Shown in pieces: positions 1 to 11,895 of a stretch of DNA of 64,000 nt. The notes beneath the pieces were generated by a model that was given only the letters and a program-made list of their open reading frames with translations, did not search any database and had not been told where the DNA came from. Origin of the DNA: Callorhinchus milii (lineage: Eukaryota); assembly GCF_018977255.1 (NCBI RefSeq), contig NW_024704745.1, forward strand, positions 69,378,001-69,442,000, in the 5' to 3' direction. The position numbers were made by a program, and so were the translations under genes. Positions within the stretch are counted from its first letter, which is position 1. Each line of letters opens with the position of its first letter.

Positions 1-1880
1 TTTTAATCAAATAATTTGAAAGAAATGTTAAACCTTTCACATCTGACGACTATTGAAAAGAGCTATCCAAACAGCATAATATGATGTTGAACTGAAATTC
101 TACTAACATTATGATAACTAATAAATGGCAACAGAATAAATTTTCAGAAGAGGAACCATGCAACAACGCTTCACAAAAATCTGACCAACATGAGCATGTT
201 ATTGGAGCGTCTTATTCGGCAGATAAAAGTCAGAACCTTTCTTGGTTGTGTGGGAGTTGATACAATGCTGCATTAAGCTACAAAGACACTTCCTTCAGAA
301 AAAAATCACAAAGGTTAGATTTAGAGCACCGATGAACTCACTGTGGCCAGAGCAAAGCCAGAAGCATTATGGCCAGTGGAAAAAGGATAATGAACAAGTG
401 GTGCCTTCCCATAGCCTGCCAGCTTGCCACATCACAGACAAGTGTCACTTCCTTTCTGCTCTACATGAACCCTGTCGATCAAGAAAGGCCCTATGTTTTA
501 CAGTGGGTTGTAAAACTGCTGTTCATATAGGCCCAGACCAAGCAGGCCCAGCATGTCTCCCTCATTTATCATTGCTCAGCCTTCATTACTGAGGCTCATC
601 CATCACTGCCTGCTTAAACTCAGATGTGAGGAACCTGTTCTTTATTGCTTGCATTTCCCTGCATCATGGGACCCTCTATCAGCAGGTCTCTTTGTTCTGA
701 GGCCTAGTCAGGAAATGTGCTTTTTCCTTAGATTTAGTTCACAAACAAGAGTCTAGACTGGAATTCCCTTAGAATTCCTATTGACTTTGCTTAATGGAGG
801 GGGCCTTAATTTATGATCTTTGCCCTGTCCCCATTATGGAAGAAAATGGAGATGTTTAGATTCATATTTATACTTGTAAAAAGGGAAAATTCAGTTTTTC
901 ACGATGCCATTTTTCAAGAAATGACCTGACTACCCATTATTACACCCATGAATAATTAGGCTTTGAAAAGGTATTTACTCTAATAATACCCCGAACTGAC
1001 AAAAGGACCATTGTGCTAGTGGGAAATCGGATTAAAAATAACAGCTTGCTTTTGAAATCATTATAGCCTCTATTATATGCTCAAAAATGAGATCACCAGG
1101 TTCAGAAAGAAAAATATATTAATTTTCCCCCCAAAACACAATGAACAGCTAGCTTATTTATTCATTTCAGCTATTATTTTAACAGAAGAATTCTCAATAA
1201 CTAACTTCTGATTTAAAACTGCGGAGAGCTGAGTCCTTGACTCAGATCCGCGTGCTGTCACTTTGAAAGCATTGAATTACAGCTAAAGATTTGGCAAGAG
1301 TTGATGTACTCAGTGTTGAGTGTAAAACACTTCTGCGGGTTGACATTTGATTTGAGATCCACGTCTCTCACAGAGGACCGGAGTGTTTACTATTATTACT
1401 TTGTTAGAAGTTTTGAAAAAGTGGACGTTGCTTCTATTAATTGCAAAATGACCTCAGCACTGCTCAGTAAATTCATAATTGACAGGAAAATAAGTAAGTT
1501 GTATAAAATACTGATGCTGTGCAATTTTCTTGACACTGAGACCTCCCCATGCCTGACACAAGAAATAAAACATAATGCTGTAATTTTAAAAATGTCAATC
1601 TATATTCTGGTTCATTTACTTAAGTGACTTGGTTTAATAATTACTTCATTGCCTCTTTAATGTGTTATTCTGGTGAGCCTCAGATACGCTGGCCCTGTAT
1701 TGCTCCTGTGTATCAATCAATCACCGCATAACACATTTTTAAACAAAATAGCGTAGAATTAAGTATTTTTAAATATAATTGCCCTAACAACTTTGTTTAA
1801 TATTGCGGCCCTAAATGTAAAGCAAAATTCTGGTAGTGATTTCAAGGAGACGAGTCATGTGATACGAGGATAGAATCAAA

Positions 1881-2103
1881 GGAGTCCTGCAGTGTTTTGG
1901 TTAGAGCTCTCGCCTCGCAAGCAAGAGGACCCAGGTACGATTCCCGGGCAGGGCAAAACCCTAGGAAAGTTTCCTTATTCCATACACCTCTGTTTACCTG
2001 CCACATTTTGTCCACAAAATATACACTTAATTCACTTTACAGAAGCACTTTGAGACATCTCAACAATGTGATAAGGTGCTAAATCAAATGCAAGGATTAT
2101 TAT
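1881..2103 (+). mobile_element. tRNA-derived SINE, internally deleted
   Basis: GGAGTCCTG head, degenerate A/B boxes, tail CAAATGCAAGGATTATTAT. Confidence 0.85.
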
Positions 2104-3083
2104 AGGTTTTTGAACTGCAATGTAAATTCAGGTTGGGGCAACATTAAAGTACAGTAATATCATAGGAGGTCACCTTGAAACAAGTGCATATCAGTGTCAC
2201 TATATGATATGATTTCATATTACCATGACTGATAGAATACAGCACTAGTGATACAGCAATGATCTGTATTGTTTATTCATCAATTGCCAGTTTGTCTTCA
2301 AAATAGCCTTCACAACTGACATTGAGATAAACTGAGGAGGAGGATAAGCAGCAGGTTACAGCAGTGAAAGAAATTCAGTTTAAAACAAAATCAGTGTGGA
2401 TTACAGTACCTTTCTCACAGATAGTTTATGCTTATGACTTATGGCTGCAGCTTGTACCAGTTGGTCTTTGACGAATTTACACCGATAGACTATGTACTGT
2501 GAATTAGAAATACATTTATTTTGACATTGAGAAAAAACATAGTGCTATAATTTTAATGACAGCAATTTATATTCATTGCACAGTACTATTTATTAAGCCC
2601 TTTCAGTACATGGCTGCTTCTCAAAAATCCATCTGCTCCTGTCATGAAGGATCTGAGTGACTGTGTGGAGAGAACAATTTGGACAGACCTGCTTTACTGA
2701 AAGATTTGTTAGCAGGCCAATCACCCCAATCCTTGCCAAGCTCCACTGTCTCCCTCTCTCCCAAAGGATTGATTTCTTCCTTGTTCACATATGTAATCAC
2801 GATTACATTGATTACCTCTGCCTTGCTTTGCGGCCAACACTGTTGTAAAGTGATCAGAGACATTATTCTATGTGATATTTGTTATTGTTATCTCAATGGT
2901 CAATGTAAGCTTTTCTGTTCTTGCGCAAGGAGAAGCATTGGTGAAAACATGCCCACAGCCAGTGTCATTCAGGAAGGATAGTTCTTGTAGAGCTAATATG
3001 TCATACTCCTCTGATGCCACAACGACTCCTGCTCTTGTCTTTAAATGCAGTACCTTCGATTTCTGTCCTTGAATCATCAGGTT

Positions 3084-3615
3084 CTGCGGCCGAAACCCTC
3101 GGCCACACATTTTGTCACCTCCCGCCTCGACTATTCCAATGCCCTCCTTGTCGGTCTCCCCAACTCCGCTATCCACAAACTAACAATTCAGAACTATACT
3201 ACCAATATATTCACCCTCCTTAAACTCCCCCCATCACACCAGGCTCTACCAACTCCCTATCACAGAACGGATCGACTTCAAGATCCTCATGCTTGTCTAC
3301 AAATCCCTTCTCACCCTGGTACCTCCCTACCTTTCTGACCTGCTGGCTGTGGCCTCCTGCTTGTTCCTCATCCTCCCTGCTCCACCGTCGGCAGCCATGC
3401 TTTCAGCCACAACGACCCAAAACTTTGGAACTGTTTCCCTCAATACCTCCGCCTTGCCCTCTCCTTCCCCAATATAAAATCACGCCTGAAGACCTTCCTC
3501 TTCGACCATGTTTACGGCCACCTCCTCCCTCCCAGGCGCGGGTGAAGCTCCACATCCGTTAAGCGCTTCAGGACACTACACCACATGAAGGCTGCTATAT
3601 AAATACAATATAAAT
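3084..3615 (+). mobile_element. L2 LINE 3' fragment (frameshifted ORF2 C-terminus and 3' UTR)
   Basis: Translates AETLGHTF / VTSRLDYSNALLVGLP, a typical L2-clade ORF2 C-terminal motif, followed by a tail stem-loop. Confidence 0.85.
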
Positions 3616-3698
3616 TACACTTGTATAGCGACTTTCACGTTGGGAGGAAGTCCAAAGTTATTGTTGGTATTCTAATCAGCAGAAGCCAGGTTGGAGTC

Positions 3699-3960
3699 AA
3701 AATGTAACATTCTCAAACTGCATTTCAGTTGCTAATTGTAACATCAGGTTTGCAAGTTTTGAAAACAGCAGTTTGTGAAATCTCAGCTCAACCTCAAAGG
3801 GTGAAAATTATTCTTATTGTTAAAATAGGCCACCGAGCAAAACATCAGCAAAGTTACAAAATTCATAGTTAGCAGATCTTGCCATGAATCTCACAATCTG
3901 AAACTTCAAACCAGGATTTGCAATTAGCAACTCAAATCCGGTTTATGAATATTACATTTT
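3699..3960. repeat. Degenerate inverted repeat, MITE-like (arms about 60-85 bp)
   Basis: 3699-3760 (aaaatgtaacattctcaaactgcatttcagttgctaattg...) matches the reverse complement of 3899-3960 (aaaatgtaatattcataaaccggatttgagttgctaattg...). Confidence 0.75.
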
Positions 3961-4330
3961 CCCATTAAGGGATTCGGAAAAGGTTCCTGCTGCTATACGA
4001 CATGCAGATGTTGCAAAGAGAGAGAATTCAAACCTCAAGTGTGACTCACTTAGCCCAATATAGGATGTGTAATAGTGCATATAGGCATAACACATGGTTA
4101 GGATTAGGAAACAGAAACATATCCCATAGCACACTGATTAAACCATAATATTTTTAAAACTTAAGTTATATTTTAATTGCAAAATATTAGTTTTATCACT
4201 ATTTTATTGCTTTTTTAAAAGGAGAAATGCAATCAGCAACAACCTACACTTTAGCCTGCTGTGACAATATTTTGAAAATAAAAAAAGCTGTCACGTGCCT
4301 GTTTGTGTAAGTAGGGGGATAGTAGGAGCG

Positions 4331-4467
4331 CCCCTCTTCGCTCCCTCCCTTCCCTCCCCTCACCCTGACCATTTCTCCCCTGCTCGGGTCCCGACCCAAC
4401 TGTCCAGCGCCTTGGGACGTCCTCCCGACGTGAAAGGTGCTCTATAAATTAAATGCCGTTGTTGTTG
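4331..4467 (+). mobile_element. L2 3' tail
   Basis: CAGCGCCTTGGGACGTCCTCCCGACGTGAAAGG stem-loop followed by a (TTG)n end. Confidence 0.85.
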
Positions 4468-4770
4468 TGTCACTGTGTGTAAAACATGCAGTTAACAACG
4501 GTTCCATTAGGTCTGGGAGAAGTTTGGAAAACATTGTATTTAAAATTTCTCACACCCATCCGTTAATCTGCTAAATCTTTAAGATGTTCCACGGTCATTG
4601 TCCCAAAGACAATGGCCAAGTTCTTTCACACCTTGAATTGAATCAGTACTTTGAAATGTCTCCAATAATGCTTAGATCAAAGAGATTTGTCTGGTGTGGG
4701 GAGTTGACCAAAACTCAAGCAAAGTGTTGGCTAATCTAAAAAATGATTTATACCTCATTGTTTGTGATTG

Positions 4771-5129
4771 TGGAGTCCTCTAGCTCAGTGAATAGAGCAC
4801 TCGCCTCGCAAGCGAAAAACCTGAGCTCGATTCCCATCAGGGCAAAATGTTGGGCAAATTTCTTTACTCCACACGCCTCTGTTTACCTAGCAGTAAGCAG
4901 AAACCTGGTTGTTAACCGATTGGCAGATTGCTTTTCTGGGGGTAGTAATTCCTTTAAAAAAATTGGTCACTTCAATTCACGACTGTTTGTAGGACACTGC
5001 TGTGTGCAATTGGCTGCCGCGTTTCGCTCACAAAATATACTTTCAATTCACTTTATAATATATTCTGTGAAGCGCTTTGAGACGTCTCGAAGACGTGATG
5101 AAGCGCTATATCAAATTATTATTATTATT
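4771..5129 (+). mobile_element. tRNA-derived SINE, long/old subfamily, full length
   Basis: A box TAGCTCAGTGA, B box GCTCGATTCC, central CCTCTGTTTACCTAGCAGTAAG block, (TTA)n tail. Confidence 0.9.
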
Positions 5130-5949
5130 GTTTCTGTTCAGTACTGAAAGGATTACACTTTAAAATAGCCAGTACAGACACAATGGGCTGAATGGTCTTC
5201 TTGTATCCTGTAAATTTCTATGGCTCTATGTAAAACTTCCCGTTATTGCTATTTTGTTAAATTATTTTACTTTTAAAGTTTGTGCCTGTACATGTGAAGT
5301 GCTTTGAGGCGTCTTGATGATGTGAAAAGGTGCTGTACCAAATGCAAGGATTATTATATCTATATCTAAATTTATAAGATTTGCTTTTAATTATTTAATT
5401 GGAAAAGGAGCTGATGTGATTGCTGATATATTTATTTACGTGGAGACTGAAGAGCAATTTTCTGTGGTTTTATTGTCGTCCAACGTTAGCCCCAGAATAA
5501 GATCAGAAGGAGCAAAGCCGAATGCAACTGAAGGATTCACTGTGAAATGAGATTCATATAGGATAATGATAATAATAACCGCATGCATTTGATATAATGC
5601 CTAATGACTTTCTTTTGATGCCACAAACCAACTTGGTCATCAGTTGAGTCAAAATGACCATATCTAATGGAACTTCGGGTTCTCCTGGTACACACTGAGA
5701 CATCCTACCGACATGAAATATACTACATAAATGTATATTGTATTGTACGTATCCTTGCTCGCTTATTTACCCTTGTGATTAGTTATGAATATCTGCTTGA
5801 GGCTCTGGATACTGCTATTGCCTCTCCTCCAACTGCTGGACATCCACCAGAGCTGCAAAACTCAAAATAATAATACACAGACTGGCTTCCTCGTTTGCCT
5901 ACAAATACAGTCACTACAGTCACTTTAAAGTAACTAAACTGTTAGCCTG

Positions 5950-6350
5950 GCCCTGTTGCTCGTGTGCTCGCCTCTTGAATCAGAAGATTGTGGGTTCAAA
6001 TCCTACGTTGGAACTTTTGAGCTCAGAATCTAGGCTGATGCTCCACTGCAATGCTGGGGGAGTCCTGCATTGTCAGAAATTCCATCCTTTGAATTAAACA
6101 TTAGTCTGATGTCTTATCCACCTGTGCATAATTTGAACAGAGAAAGGAGTCTCTCCAGGTGCCCTGACCAACAATGCCCCAAATAAATTTGGTCATTCAC
6201 TGTTTGTAGGACATTGCAATGAACAATTTGGCTATCCCATTTGCCTACAAATAATTAATCACAAAACATTACAGTAAATCCTATGACCAACCTTTCAGAC
6301 CTTTCAATGATGTGATAAGATCCTAAATCAATATGTAAGAATTATTTATT
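5950..6350 (+). mobile_element. Old Deu-domain SINE (SacSINE1/AmnSINE1-like)
   Basis: tRNA head GGGTTCAAATCC, then AGGCTGATGCTCCACTGCAATGCTGGGGGAGTCCTGCATTGTCAGA...TTGGTCATTC...TGTTTGTAGGACATTGC, matching the Deu domain as I recall it. Confidence 0.7.
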
Positions 6351-6400
6351 TATTTAGTTGTTTGGTTGTTTGTTTATTCTTTTGTTTATTTATTATCTTA

Positions 6401-6824
6401 GGCTCCGTGACCCTTTTCACCCCCATCTTCGTCCAGCTCGACCGGCTCCCCCAGAGGATAGAGTTCAAAATCTTTGTCCTCGCCTTCAAAGCCCTCCATG
6501 GCCTTGCTCCTTCCTACACGTGTGACCTGCTAATGCCATATCAACCCGTCTGCTCACTCCGTTCAGCAGACCCCTGGCCTACTCCACGTACCCCGTTAGG
6601 CCCACTCCACCATCGCCGATCAGGCCTTCAGCCTCTCTGCCCTACCTTTTGGAACTTCATCCTGCAGTCCTTTCGCCTTGCATCCTTCTTTGCCTCTCCT
6701 CTTCGACCGTGCTTTCGGCCACCCTCCTACCCCTACCCTCCCTGCCCTCCACCCCTCCTGATCAGTGCCTTGGGACATCTCCTGACTTGAAAGGCGCTAT
6801 ACAAATGTAATTTGTTGTTGTTGC
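6401..6824 (+). mobile_element. L2 LINE 3' fragment
   Basis: Translates TPIFVQLDRLPQRIEFKIFVLAFKALHGLAPSY, followed by the L2 tail and (TTG)n. Confidence 0.88.
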
Positions 6825-6850
6825 TGACCTGAAACTTTGAAGGAACAAAT

Positions 6851-7020
6851 TCATAGAATCATAGAATTATACAGTACAGAAGGAGGCCAGTCGGCCCATC
6901 ATGTCTGTGCCAACCCTTTGAAAAAAGCTATCCAATTCAATCTCACTCCCCCGCGCTCTCCCCATAGCCCTGCAAACTTGTCCTCCCCAAATAAATATCT
7001 ACTTCTCTCTTAAAAGCTGT
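6851..7020 (-). mobile_element. CR1-type LINE 3' end
   Basis: (ATTCTATG)n-type tail read on the minus strand; closely similar to the copy at 38681-38809. Confidence 0.75.
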
Positions 7021-8411
7021 TATCGAATTGTCGATACAGTGAATAGTGACAGGCACACAGAGTTGCCAATTTGACAGCAGTGAGAGTCCATAAATAGTTA
7101 TGAAGCGAATGACAAATTAGCCTTAAGATTCTTCTTTTAATAAATATTATAGAATACTAGAAAGGACATTGAAGGAGAGAAGGCCATTCGGTCCAGCAAG
7201 TCTATACTGGTGACACTTCTTCCACTGGAGTTAACTGTTAATTCCAAATCTCTGCTTTATCCCCAGTGTATGTCACAGGATGGCAGACATTAATACTCCT
7301 GTATTAATATTGTGCCTATGAAATCTTAACCAAAACAGTATTTTTTTCATTTTATTAGCAGTTTCACTGTAAAGTTCTCCACAAATTTTAGTCTGCTTGA
7401 AATAATCGTGTTATGGCTATGTGTTAAATTAAGACCACTTCTACCACCCAAATTCAAATTTATGCACTGTTCAACAAAACACACAAATGCCATTTAACTC
7501 TAAAGAAACAAATAACAATTTTAGAGCAGTATTTCATGCCAAAATGTCTCAAAGCACTTCACAATTAATTATTGTCAAGTGTGATTACTATTTTTGGCTA
7601 CCACATTTGTAGGCAAACGTGGCAGCCATTTGCATCAGGAAGGTCCCACACACCGCTGTAAGGTAAACACTTGCAAACAATTTGAATCAAATATTTATAA
7701 AATGAAATGCTTTAATTCTCCTTGCTCTGCTGTCTCCCTCCACCTCCACCCCCCACCCCCCTCCTCTTTGTTTTTATTGTAACTGGTATCTTAACTACTT
7801 TTAATGATAATCGTTGAATTTGATTTAGCGCTGTATCACATCGTTGAGACATCTCAAAGTGCTTCACAGAATATATCATAAAGTGAATGGACTGTGTACT
7901 TTGTGTACTGACACATGCAGAAACCCATCACTATAATTAATAAGAATATCCAAACCAGAGTTCAATGCATGTCACCCACACACAGAAATTTCTGTGTTTG
8001 AAATGGAATGCAAATTCTCTTAGGCACGGGTTTGCAAGAGCCAAGGTCTGTGATCCCAAAGTGTAAGTTGGAGTACTGCTGGAGTTTAACCACCTAAAAT
8101 CACATGGCTTGTCATTGAAAGCACTTTCTGGCAAGCTTTCCCACTGCTTGTCCAGCTAGGGCCACCCTAAGCTTTAGAGCTTAGGCATGCAGGGTTAACA
8201 GGAGATGAATGGGAAGAATCCCGACCTCGAATGACTGGTCTGCCCTTCCAAGTCCTGCCGTTGAGCCAGGCAGGCTGGTCTTCCATCAGCAGTGCCTTGG
8301 AATACTGCAGACCCACCTGGCTCAGTAAACGATTTATAACAATCCCCACAGAGGATTGACTCAATTCTGACCTTCTTTTGGCAAGTTCAACTTCAAGGAG
8401 ACCCCACTTAC

Positions 8412-8595
8412 AACAACAACAACAACAAGATTGCATTTATAGAGCGCCTTTCACGTTGGGAGGACGTCCCAAGGCACTGGACAGGTGGGTCGGGACCCGG
8501 GCAGGGGGGAAATGGTCAGGGTGAGGGGAGGAAAGGGAGGGAGCGAGGAGGGGGTAGAGAGTCGAGAGGGGAGCTGAAGGCACGATCAAAGAGAA
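8412..8595 (-). mobile_element. Young L2 3' insertion with TSD ACTTAC
   Basis: (CAA)n tail and L2 stem-loop; ACTTAC flanks it at 8406-8411 and 8596-8601. Confidence 0.9.
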
Positions 8596-9104
8596 ACTTA
8601 CCTCCTCCCCAAAGAGGAAGCGAGGTCCCCTTGAGGTAAACTGCCTCCAAGGTGACATGCTGATTATTCATTAACATAGAAGTAAGATCATAAAATTGTT
8701 ATACTTTTGTAACAAGGCTCTGTACTCCAAAGTACAAGCAGCCCATGTTTGCAATACCTTGTAATTCCCCAAGCAATCATGTCCAGAGAATAGCCTTCCC
8801 CTCACTTTTCCCCCACACCCCCTCCCACCGGAAAGAGCCAGTTAAACATTAAAACCAAAGTCACTTGAGCCACTCTCATGCACCTCCTAGTGGCCAGGTA
8901 CAGAATGACACAGCTGAGAGATCTGCAAAATGTATCCTTCCAGACATTACGAGTTGGCAGATGATTCAAGGCTCTCGGGCAAAAAAAATCTCAAGTTGTA
9001 AAGTTAACCGACAAGAACAATATGCACAACATCCAGCATTTGGCCCCTATAGAAACTACATTGTTAATGTCACTATGTTCAGTGACCCTGAAGACTTTTT
9101 TTCA

Positions 9105-9545
9105 CATAGAATTACATAGACTACAGCACTGAAACAGGCTATGTGGCCAACTAGTAAGCGCTAGTGTTTTATACTCCATGTGAGCCCCCACTCATCCCCT
9201 CTCTATCCCCCTCCCATACCCATATGTGCTTCTCCCTCATGCATTCATTGTGCTTCTTCTTAAATTAATTGATTCTTTCAGTTTCAACTACATAGTAGTG
9301 AGTTCCACATTCTCACCACCCTCTGGGTAAAGGAAGTTCATCCTAACCCCTATTTTAGATCTGATCATGGCTTTCTTATATTTATGATCCTTGTTATGGA
9401 CTCACCAACAAGTGGAAACAGCCATTTATAACCACATTATTGAACTTATTCTCTATCAGATCACATCTCTAAATGCCTCATCACCAGAAAAAAAAGTTAT
9501 AACTTGTTGAGTCTTTCTTGAAAGTTGATTCCTCTCATCCTTGGT
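9105..9545 (-). mobile_element. Degraded CR1-type LINE 3' region
   Basis: CATAGAATTACATAGA tail plus GAGTTCCACATTCTCACCACCCTCTGGGTAAAG, a CR1 ORF2-end-like block. Confidence 0.6.
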
Positions 9546-10684
9546 AAGAAAATAGCTGAATTTATAATAGGGCTCACGCAAAACAAAAAGCAGAAAGTTT
9601 TCTACCCCTTGTCCCATGACAACAAAGCTTCATAAAGGATTTTTGTTTGCCGAACCACGCTTATATTTAAACTTGTACCTTCTGGTACTTAAGTATGTAT
9701 TTTAGTCAAATAGCATAAATTGCAAAATGCAATGAGATGATTATTTTCCAGATGAATCATTCAGAAAATAGAAATCATTAACTTTCTGTGCTGCAGTGAC
9801 GGTGGCACACTTGATAAGTGCTCGTCATTTGAATAAATATTGTTTTGGAAACTAGAGGTGAGACTTGCTGTATTTAATGAGAAACACTTGGGATTTCTTA
9901 AGCTCTACTCAATTTCTTTAATGAAAGAATGATATAGACCATGACCTTCCTCCTTGGAATGCAATGAGATGTTAATTTTGAAGGTAAAGTAGATATCATT
10001 GTGGTCTAATTCATTGGTGCTTTTATTTATCGTTGCATAAAAATATTAATTTATATAATTTGTTTGCTAATACAGTATAAACATACGCAACTTTGCAGAT
10101 GAATAAGCACATAGCTGAATTTATAAGAGGAGCTACACAAAAAAAGGAACGTTTTTTTCTACCAAAACACCATAAACGATTTTACTTTGTTGAGCACACT
10201 TATATTTAAACTTGTACATTCTGATGCTTAAATATTTATTTTAGCTAAACAGTATAAATTTGCTAAACTGCGCTGAGATTATCGCCTTTCTGATCTTCTC
10301 ATGAATGTTAAATCACCACTTTGGTTTTCACTGCAATTTGCACCTTTGAACTGTAGAGGGCCCAAGAACTACAAAGTTGACACAGGTCAATGACATTTGT
10401 CTTTGCACTATGAAGATTGCTTTGGGGGATTACTCTGTGTGTGTTCCAAGAGATCATGAACTCACGCTATTCGTACTTTGTGGTATAACTCTGCTGATCC
10501 TAGGCATTTGACAAATCTTTCGATCTATCAGGTTTGAACTTGAAATTATTCATGTTCATTGAACATTATTCTTCTTTTATTTTTTCATCACATCAAAATT
10601 CGATTGCATCAATATCTTCACTCACAAGATCCATTTAGGATATCAAATAAGCTGTATCATTTAATATCTAATTTACTATTTCTC

Positions 10685-11012
10685 GTGAAGTCCTGTAGCT
10701 CAGTGGTTAGAGCACTCGCTTTGCAAGCGAGAGATCTGAGTTCAGTTCCAGGCACAGGGCGAAACCTTGGGCAAGTTTCCTTACTTCACACACCTAATAA
10801 TAATCCCTCCAAAACAAAAAACAATAATAAATTGGTCATTTTCAATCCACGACTGTCTGTGGGACACTGCTGTGCGCAATTGGCTGCCGCGTTGGCTCCA
10901 CAAATGTACAGTCAATTCACTTTACAGTGTGTTCTGTGAAGCGCTTTGGGACGTCCTCCCGGCATGAAAAGCGCTATATCAAATGCAAGGATTATTATTA
11001 TTATTATTATTA
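10685..11012 (+). mobile_element. tRNA-derived SINE, short/young subfamily
   Basis: Near-intact A/B boxes, L2-type tail stem-loop, long (TTA)n tail. Confidence 0.92.
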
Positions 11013-11125
11013 CTAGTTGGTGCCATACTCTCAACTGATATAAATTATATCAACCTGATATAAGTTATATAGGATCTGTCCACTCCCTCTGTTCTTGCGG
11101 GCTCCTGCCCACTCTACACCCCCAC

Positions 11126-11895
11126 GCATTTGATATAGCGTCTTATCATATCTTTGAGACATCTCCAAGAATATTCTGTAAAGTGAATTGATTGAATATT
11201 TTGGGGGCGAAACACGGCAGCCAATTGCACACAGCAGTGTCCCACAAGCAGTCAAGGACTGAGTGACCGAATTATTATATTATTGTTTGTTTGAGGGGAT
11301 TATTGCCCCCGGAAAAGCGATCCAGGGTGAAACCATAGGCAAATTTCCTTACTCCACATGCCTCTGTTTACCTAGCAGTAAGTGGGAACCTGATTGTTGC
11401 TGAAGTCATTAGGAGAAACTCCCTTCTCTTTTCAAGTAGTGCCATGGGATAAATAATAAATAATAATCCTCGCATTTGATATTATAGTGCCTTGTCACAT
11501 CTTTGAGACATCTCAAAGCGCTTCACAGAATATACTGTAAAGTGAATTGACTGTAAATAGCACCTTGGGACATCCTCCCAACGTGAAAGGCACTTTACAA
11601 ATGTAAGTTCCGTCCTCGGCCTCCATCCACTCTAGAAACATCGAATACAGAGTCAAATAGTTAAAAAAAAGCAAACTGCGAATTGCACATGCAATTGGTT
11701 CGCGGTTATTTTACTGCCATGGAAACGACAGCTTAAGTAAAATCAGAATAAAGATGTCTGCAAAAGGACGTTGATCTTGGGATTGGCAGTGGAGACAGCA
11801 CCGAGGAACCTATACTGTGTCCCAGTAATACCTTTAACATCTACATGAACAGGAGATAGGACCTCGATTTCAAGTCTCATCCGAAAGACGGCAAA
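11126..11895 (-). mobile_element. Nested cluster: rearranged SINE, split Deu-SINE, SINE and L2 tails
   Basis: SINE 3' part on minus (11126-11323) and 5' part on plus (11323-11399); Deu-SINE pieces on minus (11410-11450 and 11831-11895); SINE and L2 tails at 11455-11610. Confidence 0.75.

Noticed and set aside
242-756. 116-aa and 67-aa ORFs at the window start as possible exons of an upstream neighbour such as Polr1d or Lnx2
   Set aside because: No recognisable similarity or convincing splice structure.
10685-10765. tRNA-Ala-like cloverleafs (anticodon TGC in young copies, CGC in old copies) with A/B boxes
   Set aside because: They run straight into SINE body and tail, lack a poly-T terminator and recur as diverged copies, so they are SINE heads and not tRNA genes.
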